Assembly: GCF_009834535.1 (NCBI RefSeq)
Contig: NC_045697.1
Location: 13,952,001 to 14,016,000, forward strand
Reading direction: 5' to 3'
DNA length: 64,000 bases
From: Camelus ferus
Taxonomy: Eukaryota
Shown here: in pieces, positions 13,414 to 26,300 of the stretch
How the letters are laid out: every line of letters starts with the position of its first letter
Position numbering within the stretch: position 1 is the first letter of the stretch
Position numbers and translations under genes: made by a program
The notes under the pieces: model-generated
What the model saw: the letters and a program-made list of their open reading frames with translations, nothing else
Databases searched by the model: none
What the model was told of the DNA's origin: nothing

Positions 13414-15724
13414 TCTAAGAACTTAGTAAAAATAGAATTTACATAATGTACAATTTAATTTTTAAAGTGTGTAGTTCAGTTGTTTTAATATATTTGTAGA
13501 GTTGCACAGTCATCACCACTAATGTTACAATATTATTATCATCCTTCAAAAAGAAACCCAGTATCCATTAGCCATCACCTCCCATTCTCCCTACCCACTA
13601 CCTCCATGCTCCTCGCAGTCACTGAACATTTCAGATCAAATGGAATCACGTAATATGTGACCTTTTGTGACTGGCTTCTTTCACTTAGCATATGTTTTCA
13701 AAATTCTTCCATGGTGTAGCATGTATAAGTAAGTTATTACTTCTTACTACAAAATAATATTCCATTGTGTGGTTACACCACATTTTGTTTAACTATTCAT
13801 AAGTTAATGGGCATTTGGATTGTTTCCACTTTTTGGGTTTTATGAATAATGCTGCAGTGTACATTCATGTACGCATGGCTCATTGTTTTCAGTTTTCTTG
13901 TGTGTGGACTTAGGAGTACAATTGCTACATCTTACGCTAACCCTAATGTTTAACATTTTGAGGAACTGTCAAACTGCTTTCCAAAGTGGCTGCACAATTT
14001 TACAATTCAACCAGCAGCGTATGAGTTTTCCAATTTATTCGTATCGTTGTTAATGCTTGTTATCATCTCTCTTTTCAATTTTAGCCACCCTATTCAGTAT
14101 GAAATGGTATGTCACTGTGGTTTTGACTTGCATTTCCCTAATGACTAATGGCATCTTTCATGTAATTATTGGCTATTTGCATATCTTCTTTGGAGAAATG
14201 TCTATGCTTATCTTTTTTTTCCCATTTTTCAATTAAGTAATTTGCCCTTTTATTATTAAGTTGTGTATGAGAATTTTTTTCGTGTATTATGAATACAACT
14301 CCCTTGGCAGATAGTTTACAAATAGTTTCTCCCATTCATTGTGTTGTCCTTCCATTTTATTGATAGTATAATTTGTAGGACAAATGTTTTTAATTTAGAG
14401 TAAGTCCAATTTATGGGTTCTTTTGGTGTTGCTTTTATTGTTATTGTCATGTCTAAAAAACTGTTACCTAATCTGAGGTCTGAAGAATTAATTCCATGTA
14501 TCTGCTAAAATCTGTAGCTTTAGCTCTTGTATGTAAGTCTATAACCTATTTATAGTTAATTTTTATTTATGATTGGAGATAGGGTGCCCAGCACAATTTG
14601 TTGAAAAAGTTATATTTCACAACTTAATTGTCTTGGCATTCTTGTTGTGTGATTAATTTCCCATAAACATGAGTTTATTTCTAGACTTTCAATTCTATGC
14701 AGTTGATACATAAGTCTATCCTTATGCCAATACTACACTGTCATGATTTCTGTAGCTTTGTAGTCAGCTTGTAATCAGAAAGTATAAGTCCTCCAACTCT
14801 GTTCTTCCTTTTCAATATTATTTTGGGTATTCTTGGTCCCTTGTGTATCTACATGAATTTTAAGATCAGTTTGTTGATTTCTTCAAAAAAAAAAAGCTAG
14901 TATTTTGATCAGGATTATATTTAATTTGTTGATCAATGTGGAGAATATTGCCATCTTAATAATACTGATTCTTCTGATCCATGAACATGGGCTTTCTCTC
15001 CACTTATTCAGGTTTCTTTCGTTTTTCTGCAGTGGACGTTTGTGATTTTCAGTGGCACAAACTTTTGTACCTCATCAGTTAAATTTATTCCTAAGCATTT
15101 TGTTTTTTGTGATGTTAATGCAAACTGAATTGTTTTCTTAATTTCATTTCAAATGGGTTATTGCTAGAGTATAGAAATATAATTGATTTTTGTGTATTGA
15201 TTTGTGCCCTCCAACCTTGCTGAATTAGTTTATTGGTTCTAATTTTGTGTGTGTGTGTGTATTCTGTAGGATTTTCTATACACAAGATAATTTTGTCTGT
15301 TAATAGAAGTACCCTTACTTCTTCCCTTTTGAATCTTGATTCCATTTATCTTTTTTCTTGCCTAAGTGCCCTGGCAAACACCTCCAGTACCATGTTCAAG
15401 AGCAGTGGCGAGAGCAGACCTCTTTGCCTTGCTCCTGGCCCCTGGGGGCTGCTGCTTTTCACTAGCTGCCATGGATGTGAGGCTGCTAGTTTCCAACTCT
15501 ACTAAGGAGCTGGGGAGAGGAGGTTTGTAATAGACTGGCTAAAACACGACAAATCGTGCTACTTTTATGAAAATTCAGCTTTTTAAAAAAATAAAGTCTT
15601 CTCAGATTGCTGTAAGTCTTTGGTTAATTTTCAGAATTCTCAAAAAGTTGATCTTTTGCTGTTACTTTTCTTGCTTTTCTTGAGTAATGGATTTCTAGAA
15701 GTTCTGACTCTGCCATTCTAGAAG
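13414..15724 (-). mobile_element. Old LINE-1 (L1MB/L1M4-like): 3' UTR plus 3' part of ORF2 joined to a 5' UTR terminal segment
   Basis: Minus-strand ORF2 remnants (KWEKKDKHRHFSKEDMQIANNYMK; REEVRVLLLTDKIILCIENP = degraded RT 'LFADDMI' region); 15435-15724 resembles an old L1 5' end; imperfect flanking repeat TGGTACTATATTTT / TGGCACTAGGTTTT. Confidence 0.88.
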
Positions 15725-16869
15725 TGGCACTAGGTTTTCCATGGGGCATATTTAGGGGCAGTAAAGGGAAAACTTAGTATAAAGCAAGGTCTAACATAAG
15801 TATTCTTTCCTATTTTTAAAAGATAAGAGATAATATTTTCCCCCAGATATATTTCTTAAAATATAGTGACTTCTAATTTTTTGAAAATGTCAGTTTATTT
15901 AAGGGTATCTATCAGTTTCCAGTTATAAAGTGATTCAGCAACTTTTTATAAATTATCATTTTATTTGAAACAAAAAAGTATTTAGAGGAGAATGTCCTTA
16001 TTCATATTAAATTAAAATAATGTGCTCTTAAAATCTTCTGGGAATAAAGAAACTTTCAATGTATTGACGATTGACTGAGACACCTTTTTTATGTTTTACT
16101 TTGTGAGCTGAGAATTTGGCTATGTGCTAACTTTATGATTGTCAGCACACACTATTTTTAAACAATAGAGGTTCTTTGGGTAGAGTAAACCTGAAGACAA
16201 GATAAATTTCCTACTGTTAATCCAGAACATGCTCCTGAATCATTCCTTAAGCAATTGTTCTTAAGTTATTGTATGATTACATACCTTTTACCTCCTTTTC
16301 TTTTCCCCTCCCTCCATTGAGAATAGATTAACTTTGGAACACTCTACAGTTGGCTTTGCCAATCACATTCCAGTAACTGAGAAACTTTCTTTTGAATGTA
16401 TCTGAACCAAGAGTGTAGCCTATTCTTAAAATGTTTCCACTGACAGGTGTTTCTTTGTAGTCCTCTGTTGCTACATAGGACAAAGGCAAAGAAGCTTTGG
16501 CCAATTGAAGTTGCCAAGAAATTGATTTTTCAATATTTGTTTCAAGCCACAGAGAGTCCCTTTGTTAGTTTGTTTTGAAAAATATCTATTAGGTAGTAAT
16601 AGGTAGTTAGCATTTAGGAGAATATATTATGAAGAATGGGTTCAGAACAGAACTTGATGAGGGACAAGTTAAAATATTTCATCAGTTGCATTTACTTTGG
16701 AATGTTGCTTAATAGATTATAAGAAATGGACACCTGCTCCAAAGATGGGTGCCAATTAACTTAATTAATTGTAGTTTTTGAAATATTATTCAGTTTATTT
16801 TTCTAAGTCCAATTGTAATTGGCTTGATAGATAAAACTAGATAAAAGAGAGAACTCTGAAATTTATATA

Positions 16870-17125
16870 TTGTATGCATGTTTTCCACATGTCTATATTT
16901 TCAACCATTTTTTTCATTATCACCTCTGCCCAGGGAGAAAAATTGTATTAACTATATTTCTACCTTACTAGAGAAATTACATACTAAGGTAAAATGTTTT
17001 GTTATATTGCACTGAGGTTTGGAGAGGCACAAACCTTTGTAATATCCATGACTTCTGCAGCCCCCCAAGCCCAATTACATTGCCCCCTTGTGGGTGACAC
17101 TACCCCCCACTGAGTATGCATGCCC
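16870..17125. mobile_element. Possible hAT-type DNA transposon remnant
   Basis: Ends resemble an inverted pair (atgcatgttttccac ... ctgagtatgcatg); family not determined. Confidence 0.3.
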
Positions 17126-17285
17126 TATATTCTCCTTATGCAAGCTATCTATAAAAAGGTTTTATTTTATTTAATTTCATGTAGACTTTCCCTGAATTCT
17201 GAAGTTTGTTTTTATAAAATGACTCTTCTACTGAAACTTTAATTTTAATTTACCAGTATTCTAGAGTTAGAATAGAGGTATTATT

Positions 17286-17312
17286 GTGTGTATGTGTGTG
17301 TGTGTGTGTGTG
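17286..17312. repeat. (TG)n microsatellite
   Basis: Directly visible. Confidence 0.9.
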
Positions 17313-18299
17313 TACATACAAACATATATTGGGAAGCTCTTCTGTACCTAGAGTTGCTGAATTCAGTTAAAGATGTATTTTGTGCAAACGTTTTATATAC
17401 TTATTGAAATCCAATCCATAAGAAACTACCAGTCCTGTATTACTTCTCCCCGATTATATTCCATTTATTTTTTTTTAATAGTGCTATTGAAATATTGGTA
17501 CCTTAAAAGATTGTATGAGAAATGTGTTAGGTTTTTAATTTTTTAAAAGTCTTGTCTAATAATACAAGAAGCAAACAATGACCCCTGCGCTTTTATGTAA
17601 AATACAACAGAATTGGCAATGATTAGGAAATTTGTCCACAATAAAATAGGTATTCTGAACTCTCAAAGTCAGTGCATCTATTGGATTTTTTCAAATTTAA
17701 AGAAAAAACAACTTGGCATTCAACCCATATGACATGAGCCCCTCTAGATCAGATGCAGGTTGCTGTTGCCAGTGAGGATGGTTGTACCTAGGACGTCCCT
17801 GCCACACAGCAACCCTGGATAACCATTGATGGTACGTTTATATCTGGGATAGGTTTACTTTTATAAGTATATAATAATCCACAGGCAAAGGTAGTGGACC
17901 ATTTTAATACAATTTAAATATAATCTTTAGATTATCAAAAGTTTACCAGTACCAGACGTGTTCTAAGCATGAGAGAGAAAATGTGAGTAAAACATGGCCC
18001 CTGACCTCAAAAACTTACCTATTACAGTACAGTTGGCACACACAGTCACCAAAGTGAAGCTCATTTTAAGACAAAGAGAATCAGGAAAATAGACTTTACC
18101 AGAGTGATTATTTTTAATTAATTTTGCAAGAAAAGACCAAGAGTTTATAGGAGGAAAACCGTCACATATATCTCAGCTGAAAATTGCTGACCTAACATTT
18201 AATTTGTATAACTGATGATGCCATCATATCTGAGGATTCAGAGTCTATTTTTTTCCAGTTCCTAAAGGATGCTTACTAGCTACTTTGTTTAAAAAAAAA

Positions 18300-18480
18300 A
18301 AGCATTGCTTCAGTGTGCCAGATTCTGTGCCAATACATCACATGTATTATTACTTCATTTAATCCTCCTAACCACTCTGTGAGGTTTTATTGCCCTAATT
18401 TTACACATGAGGAAACTGAGACTCCTAAAGATTTAATTGACTTGCCACATTAACCAGGATTCAAACCCAGGCAGACTCAT
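18300..18480 (-). mobile_element. MIR SINE
   Basis: 'catttaatcctcctaaccactctgtgagg...ttttacacatgaggaaactgagactc...gacttgcc...ggattcaaacccaggcag'. Confidence 0.75.
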
Positions 18481-19129
18481 TTGTAGGATACAACTTGTAC
18501 AAAGAAGAAGAGTGCATGGGAGTACAGAGATGAATTCGACATGGACCCGTCCCTCAGGGGGTTGCAGTGAATTCAAGGAAGATGGCATTCGGTGGACAAA
18601 GCAGAAGTGACTTAGCGCCGAGGGAAAGATCATGTGCTTTCTCTTAACTCAGAGCTTGTACCAGTTAGAACAGGACCAACTAAGTTAAGGTCAAATATTT
18701 CTCCCAGACAATTTTTACATTAGTTTTATTTGATCATTTATCATTGTCCTTCCAAGTACTTTTTGAGGTAGAAGGGTGAGAAGAAGGAACTTAAGCCATG
18801 AAATATCAAAAGTGGTTTCCATTCTCTTGTTCCTGCGATATCTAGACAATACAGCCTCCATCCTCCTCGGACTCATCATGATGGCGAACGAGGGAGAAAA
18901 AAGAGCCGATATCAAAGGGCCTAGGAGACTGCTGTGTGCCTTGTCCTGATAGAATTAATGTGACCCATTAGAATGAGCATGCAGGGGACTAACCTCACAG
19001 GACCCTGGGATTCCTTCCTCTCCAGGTGGGTAGGAAATGGGAAAGTCTAGGGGGGTAGGTTCAATTCACCGAACTGTCTACAAAAGATATGCGTGCTCGA
19101 AAACAGCTCATGCTTCAGAAAAAATAGTA

Positions 19130-19326
19130 CAGTTGACACATGGCCTGGTTTGTATGCATATTTTTTCAATAGCAAATACTATAGCACCATGTGATCTGTG
19201 GTTGGTTGGTTGAATTGGCTGATATGGAGGAACTGGCTACAGAGGGCCAACTGTCAGTTACACTTGGATTTTCAACTGTGCAAAGGATTGGTGCCCATAA
19301 CCCTTGTGTCATTCAAGGGTCAGCTG
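19130..19326. mobile_element. TcMar-Tigger non-autonomous DNA transposon (MER8/Tigger3-like)
   Basis: TA|CAGTTGAC ... ttcaaggGTCAGCTG|TA terminal inverted repeats with TA target duplication. Confidence 0.75.
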
Positions 19327-19479
19327 TATATGTAAATGTGGAGAGTTTAACCATGTTGGTAGATGGTTACAAAATATAATTTTGATTTTATTTCTTATAT
19401 GTTTGGAAAGGTGCAAATGAAACCCATTAAAATGTCATCCATATGCAATCTGGGAGTTTTCTGTGTTGCTGTGTAGACA

Positions 19480-20570
19480 GCTAAAAGTTTATCAAGAGAG
19501 GTTTAAATACAGGAACATAGGACTTGAGAAGGATTGTCAGGAAAGGGAAGAATTTATAAAGGAGATGGCTTTTTAAGATGGCCCTTTAAGATGGATAGGA
19601 TTTAGACATGTGGATATAGGGGTGGTGGGTAGGACTCTAAGCAGAAATTAAAGATGGAACAAAGATGTAGACTTAGGGAAAAGAATGAACGTGTATGAAG
19701 TACTGGTTTATGTTGAATAATTTGTTTTGACTTGACTAGTTTATGTTGATTTGATTCATAAATAAATCATTGGCACTAAGATGGACCATTTCATTGAGAT
19801 AATTTAATGAAGTTCTTTGAATGTCAGGTTAAAGCGTTTATATGGTATTATATGGCAAATGGGAATCACTGAAAGTTTTTGACTGAGAAAGTAACAGGTT
19901 GAGTCCAGTTATTCAGGAAGATATACCTGGTAGCATGTGTGAAATGGATTGAAGAGGTAAAATCTGGGAAAACCACTTTAGATTATTTTAATAGTTTAGG
20001 TGAAAGTTCTAGTTCAGGACAGTGATAGAGAGAAGAGGGAATGGAACCAGAAAGTGAAATGCAAGAAGGCCCGTGGAGGGGGCTGCTGATTGTGTGTGGG
20101 GAAAGCAGGGGGAGAGTCCAGTCACTGGTGATGACCACTAGGTTTTGACTCGGAGTATCCAGGAAGATTCAGGCTCCATTAATGGAAATAAGAGAATCGT
20201 ATTTGGAATGGGAGACTTGAAGTTCAGTTTTTCATCTTAGCCCATTAAAAATACTTAGGCATTCATTTCTGGTTATCCAGCAGTGGTTCTGAAGCAAACA
20301 AAAAAGTCGTGTTGAAAATGTAGAGAGAGGGCAAGGATGACGGTACACAGTAGATATTATTCATAAAGAGGAAATATTACTTTTAAGCTGTTAATTTGCA
20401 TGAAAGTTTCAGTGGAATGACTAATGAGAATGAGATTAAGGCTACTACATTTTCAGGGACTACCTACATTTGGAGAATGAAAAAAAATAGGGAAATCCAT
20501 TGTGAAAGGAAAAGAAGAGAGGATTTAGGAACAGTGTGTTCCAGAAAACAGAGTTAAGGAGGGTAAACAC
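19480..20570 (-). mobile_element. LINE-2 fragment
   Basis: Purine-rich reverse L2 motifs ('gggaatcactgaaagtttttgactgagaaagtaaca', 'gaagttcagttttt'). Confidence 0.55.
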
Positions 20571-20598
20571 TGAAAAAATACACTTGAACTTGGTGATA

Positions 20599-20729
20599 CT
20601 TTAAAAAAAAATTTAAAACAACTTTATTATGGTATAATTTCTGTACAGTAAACTACACATATTTCAGATGTACAGTTTTATGAACTTTGATAGATGTATA
20701 TATATCTATGAAACCACCACCACAATCAA
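20599..20729 (-). mobile_element. Short 5'-truncated L1 3' end with target-site duplication
   Basis: 'aactttattatggtataatt...aaaccaccaccacaatcaag' is a reverse L1M 3' end; flanked by GAACTTGGTGATA (20586-20598) and GAATTTGGTGATA (20730-20742). Confidence 0.75.
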
Positions 20730-21884
20730 GAATTTGGTGATAAACAATTATATCTAATTAAATTACATGTATGCTATGTACACTGTGTTCTGTTTTTAGC
20801 AATTAGAGATGATAGACTGTCTTTCATTAGGAGTCTGGGAATCAACAACATCAAAATGAAGACTACAGAATTATTAAAGCATCTATTGAGTATCTATTAT
20901 GTACAAGGCTGAATCTATGAAAAGGTGATCCTACCTTAATTAAATCCATGTTCTGTGTAATATATAGAATGACATTGCATTAATCAAGGCCCCCAAAGTC
21001 ATTATGTGGGACATTGTGCAGAGATAAGAAACAGCAGGGGATGGTGACACACTTGGGACTAGCAGCAGCCAAAAGCCATTCTCTAGGTCAGAGGACTGAG
21101 ATGGAGCAGTGTTTACCAAAACCCAGTGAGAGCTGGTGCTAGGGAAGAGGGGCGCCACTGTCAGAATGGAACCAAGGCAAAGTCGCAGCCATGGTCTCGT
21201 AGCGGTACCTCCCCTTGGACGGACCAACCTGGAAAGGGAATGACTAGGGAGTCTGAGTGAGTCTTCTCAAGAGTCAGACCCATAGTGCACAAATCAGAAG
21301 GGAGAATGGAGAACGGATCTGAGGGAAGGGGGTGACAAGAATCACCAGTGTGCACAGTCAGCGCCAGTGCTCTTTACTTTTAACAACAGAAGTTGAATCA
21401 ATATAAAGTCAAAATGAAATGACACAGTTTATTGTTTAATGAATGTGTGAAATGTGACAATACTGTATAGCTGATTGCTCTTTGATGCCATGGATAAAAG
21501 GGTATGGTCGTGGTGACTGAGGTTTTCTTTTGAAGCAGAGTGTGTAAAGAAATAAATGAGTTTTAAATATTAGTAAGTTTGCTAGGTATGCCCCACCCCG
21601 CCAAAATGTTCTCATGTCAGAGCACAAGGAAGAAAGACTGCTAGTTAAAACGCAGTTCAGGAATCCGAGAATCAGCACTGGCTCACTAAATTTCAGGTCA
21701 GAAAAATAGTACACTTTATTTGTGGCTAAGTATACTAGAGACAGACAGCAAACCTGTTTAAAGACTTCTAGTCTCGAGACAAAGTTGATTTGGGTGTGTA
21801 GGCTGAGATAAACCAGCAGATGGGAAAATCAAAGACATACTGCCTCAGGTCTACTAGCCTGTAGTAGTAATATAGTTATAAAAT

Positions 21885-22130
21885 GGATAATGACTACCAT
21901 TTATGGAGGGCTCACTGAATACCAGGCATGATGCTAGATACTGTATAATTTAGATCTGAAATTTTAGATGTAGTTATGCATTCAATCTGGAAAATTAATT
22001 ACATTCTGTTCCCCGTTTCATAGCTTAGGAATCTGAAGCTCTGAATAGTTAAGTAACTTCTCCACGACCATACAGTTAATGAGTGGTGTTGGTAAGTCTG
22101 CCATGCATCACCTGTGGATGCTGTGTTCTC
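21885..22130 (-). mobile_element. MIR SINE
   Basis: 'ataatgactaccatttatggagggctcact...ggaatctgaagctctgaatagttaagtaacttctcc'. Confidence 0.65.
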
Positions 22131-22344
22131 CTGATGTGTTGCGCCTCCTTCCACCTCTTGCAGTCTAGTGAGTTATTAGCTTCCTCTTCTCCCAGTTGAC
22201 TTATTTCACTTTTAATGTCAAATGCTACTTGTCAACTTAACACCTCTGCAGTCACTGATCCATTGTAGACTGTCATGCTGTAACTGATATGCTAGGTGGT
22301 GCATAAAACCTTGAGAAACTCTGTTGCCTATGATTAGAATTTAG

Positions 22345-22730
22345 GCATTCATTCATTAATCCCAATATTGATCCATCCCCTGTGATATGTTAAGGACTGT
22401 GCTCTGGGCACATCAGATACAGAATGTACCAAGGAGAAAATTTCTTGCTATTTTGTAGAGGAGTCAGACAGTAAAAAGTAAACAAATATAAAACAATGTC
22501 AGGGTGTGGTGAGTGCTATCAAAAAAAAAAAAAAAAGAAAGAAAAGAAAGGAAATAGGAGAGAAGACATAGGCTCATTGAAGATCCTGTTTTAGATAGAC
22601 AGGTGCTGTTCTAGATGGCAATCACCTTCTCAAGAAATAGTATTTGAGAAGAGAAAGTATGTGAATAGCAGGGGAGGAACATTTGAGTGAGAGTGAACAG
22701 GAGATGGCCAGGCCTTACTTAATGCAGGGC
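22345..22730 (-). mobile_element. LINE-2 3' fragment
   Basis: 'cattcattcattaatcccaatattg...ggactgtgctctgggcac...gatacaga' is a reverse L2 3' end. Confidence 0.55.
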
Positions 22731-25700
22731 TTACTGCTCAGATCCTTCAAGGGAAGGCCAGCACTGTTCTATAACACAGACACAGCACTCCTAATAACTG
22801 ACAGATGGAGAGAGAGACAGAATACTCAGGTTAGCTAACAGCATGTCCTTTGTGATGTGTCTAAGATGGAGATTATCATGTCAAAAAATCCACCAAGTTA
22901 CATTCCAGGTGCACAGTGTATGACTTCTCATCCTGCGGTGACATTTAGGTACGTCACAGTTTGCACGTTGCTCAAGTACATTCATCAGCATAATGCAGTC
23001 TTTGGTGTCTCTCTAGTCCCCACTTCCCTCTGCCAATGAGCTGAGATTTGATTTTCCTTTAAAATGTGAAGATACAGATTTATCTTATAGCAGCTATAAG
23101 CGCAGCTGAGGAATAGTTTTCACATGATCAGTGTCGAGGGGGGCTACCTGGACCCCATTAACCTTTCAGCTACTTACTGCCCCTCATTCATTACTGCAGT
23201 TACCTGACCACCATCCACAGCATCTGTAATTCAGAGGTGTTGCTGTCATACAGGACTTCCACATTATTTTCTTCTTAAAAAAAATTAGTGCCTTAAGAAT
23301 ATTTGTTTGAGGTTGGCTTCTGATAAAGCAGTTAGGAATTTTGCACAATTTTTGCGGGGGGGAGTCTAATTGCTTCCCTATTTCTCTCATAAGAGTTCTC
23401 AAAGTGTTTTCTTACAATTCTTTCAATGCGCTGCTACAATGGGATGTGTAGGTGTTATTATTGCTTTTAAACAAAGGGCAGGTTAACTAGCAAAGCTTTT
23501 GAGTAATAGCCACATCAACTGGGTAGTTAAGTCAGGACTGAAACTTAGACAACTTGACATTGATTTCATTTGTTTCTCTAGAGCTTAATGCTAAAAGATG
23601 ATAATGATACCTCCACATAAGCAAGCCAAAATTGGACTTCTGTACAAATGTTTTGGGGCCAATATGTACCTGAATGGGTAAGAAGCAAAGAGGCTGATCT
23701 CCTTAAGCAGCAAATAGCCTCCATCTTCTCTTCTCAACTGATTAAACTTTGATCTTTCCCTCTTTGCTTTTCCTGAAGAAGAACCAAAAACCATAAAGGT
23801 ACTAGTCAATTATATTTTAAAAGAAAAAAAAATGATGCCACTAAATCTGCTAGGTTTTTCAATGAATCAGAATCTCTAAGTTCAGGGCAATTGCTTGAAA
23901 GCTGCTTAATAAATTAGCTGTAAATCCAGGGGAAATGCAAGAAAACCTTCCAGATGCCACTCATTTGAAAAGGAATGCTCATTTTGGGTAGATTATTAGG
24001 TAATTTTTCAAGGTTATCACTCACAAGTAAGGGGTTTTTTTGAGTGTATTTAAGTGATTCACATTTTGTCTCATAAATGTTTAAATTTTTCTCATTCACA
24101 GTGTCACAGCCTGACAGGGTTGCTCATAAGGATTTCTCTTCCTTTGTGTTAAAATTACAGAGGATGAAAGTATTTTTAAATATCTGTTGCTCAAGCAGAG
24201 CAGGTGCTATCCAGCTTACAGTGGTCCATTTCACTCCATCAGTGCATTGTTGGTCACAGTGACTCCCTTTCTGATGGCAAAAATTGCTTCCATATTATTA
24301 GAATGAATTAAGCTGGTGCTGCAATCTGTCCCTAAAAGATTCAGAACATGATCCTTTGATGTCAGCTTTGGGTCAGGATATTCCCAGCATCGCATTTAGT
24401 CAGAAATATGGAGGGTGTATGTTGACATGATTTACATATCTCACTCCCGTGGAGTCTCTTGGTAAATAATAGAAATGGGCAAGGAGCCCTGCATCAAGGC
24501 AAATTCACATTATTTCCTGACACACACAGTGAAGCTTATTTGGGGATAATGGCTACATATGTTCAGGAAAATTGGGCTCATGAGCCCACTGTCTGAACAT
24601 TTTCCAGAAAAGATAAAAGAATGTATTATTAGGAGGCATCAGGGAGGGGTCCCTCTGTTATTTATGTAATCCCTTTTTATGAAAACAGATACCACTGATC
24701 TATTGTTCCCTTGATCAATAAATGGACTATTGTGATTAACCGAATATTTTCACAAAATGACATACATTGTATATTCCACATTTATTGCAAATGTTTTATA
24801 ATATTGAAAAAATAATAACCACCTCTTGAACACAATAATACAACTGAACCTAATTTACTTTATTTTTTTGAAGGGGGAAAGTGGGGTTTCTGAAAAGGTG
24901 GTTTAGGATTTTACAGTTTCTTAGGGGCCAGCTTGCTGACTTATTCAAGAAATATTTGTTAAAAGCCGTTGTATACCAGAAGACTCTTAGTACCAGGAGT
25001 ATAAATAGTAACTGAACACACTCCTTGCTTTCTAGTGACTCAGCACTTAGCATCAAGACAGGCGCACAAACAAGGACTTCAGGAGAAAAGGGGGGTGTCC
25101 CTAATTCCCCTTAGGCTGTTTAAAGGCATCTTCAGAGAAAATGTCTGAAAGAAGTCTTAGCAAATGAGTTTGTATGTAGTTTTCATGTGGACTGTGGGGC
25201 AAAGGGTATTCTAAGAAGGAGCCCTAGCAAGTTTGTAATTAAAGAGGCATGAAGTGTCGTTGCCCTTTTTAGGTGCCATAAGGGCTGGGGGGTGGCTGGA
25301 GCACAGGTTGTTCTGAAGGCAGTGAAGTGATCTGTTCCTCCAGTCTAATGACAGGCCAGGGCACCATCCTACAGTGGCTTGTATGCACTGCCGAGTCTTG
25401 AGTTCTTCTCCTGTAGGGCCCCAAGTCATTGGAAAACAAAGCAGTCAATGTAAAAAAAATCCAATTAAGGTTCAGAAATACCATTCTGGTTCTTAGCACA
25501 TTGTATAGTCATCATTGTGTGTATTTCTAGGGCCCCAGTGGTTGCTGACACACTGTCAGGTGAATCTAAGATTGTAGTAATTATATCTGTGGCCTAAGCA
25601 CCTTGCCCCACCAATCCTGACTTTTCCAAAAGCTTGTTTTCTCCTTTATCGTCTCTGTCTCCCTCTTAATCTAAGTGTCCCTCTCTTGCTACTTTCTCGC

Positions 25701-25844
25701 TTTCATATTCCTCCAGCCCTGAGAGAGAAGGAGGAAACGACAACCACAAAACCAAACACCCCTCGACACGTTCAGTTGTGTGTTTTAGTTACGAATTCAT
25801 CTGTTATTGCCTCTCTTAAGCCAAGGGAGGGAATATCTGCATCT

Positions 25845-26300
25845 TGTTCATTAAATATTTATGGAACATTTTTCAGGGCTGCTTCTCTTCTGGGTGCTAA
25901 GATATAATAATGAACAAAATAACCAAAAAAAAAAAAAGCTGAGACTCATAAAATTTACTTTATGGCCAGCAGAGATAGACAATAAACAATACATAATTAA
26001 TAAGTAAATTGTATACTATATTAGAACGTAAGTTCTATGGAAAAAAAGAGAAAGGGTAAGGAGGATTGGAACGGTTGGTTTCAATTTCAAATCGAGTGAG
26101 TGGCTGGATAGTCCTGCTTAGAAGGTGAGATAAGGACAGATACCTCGAGGTGGAGCGGGAGGTCACCATACAGATACGTGGGGATGGACAGAGAAGACGG
26201 CCAGTGCAGGGGCCTTGAGGAGGGGTCACCCACAGTCCCCCAGGTGGTGGAGGTCTTGTACCTGGAAGATGTGTTTGCTAAGTATATTGAAATAAAGAGC
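25845..26300 (-). mobile_element. LINE-2 (L2a-like) 3' fragment
   Basis: 'ttcattaaatatttatggaac...ctgggtgctaagatataataatgaacaaa', 'gaaggtgaga', 'cagtgcaggggccttgagg'. Confidence 0.65.

Noticed and set aside
21140..21160. CTCF-like AGGGGGCGCC
   Set aside because: Only the 3' half of the motif matches
23582..23677. Possible exon between tttctctag and GG|GTAAGA
   Set aside because: All three frames from the acceptor hit stops, and the internal ATG peptide is unrecognisable
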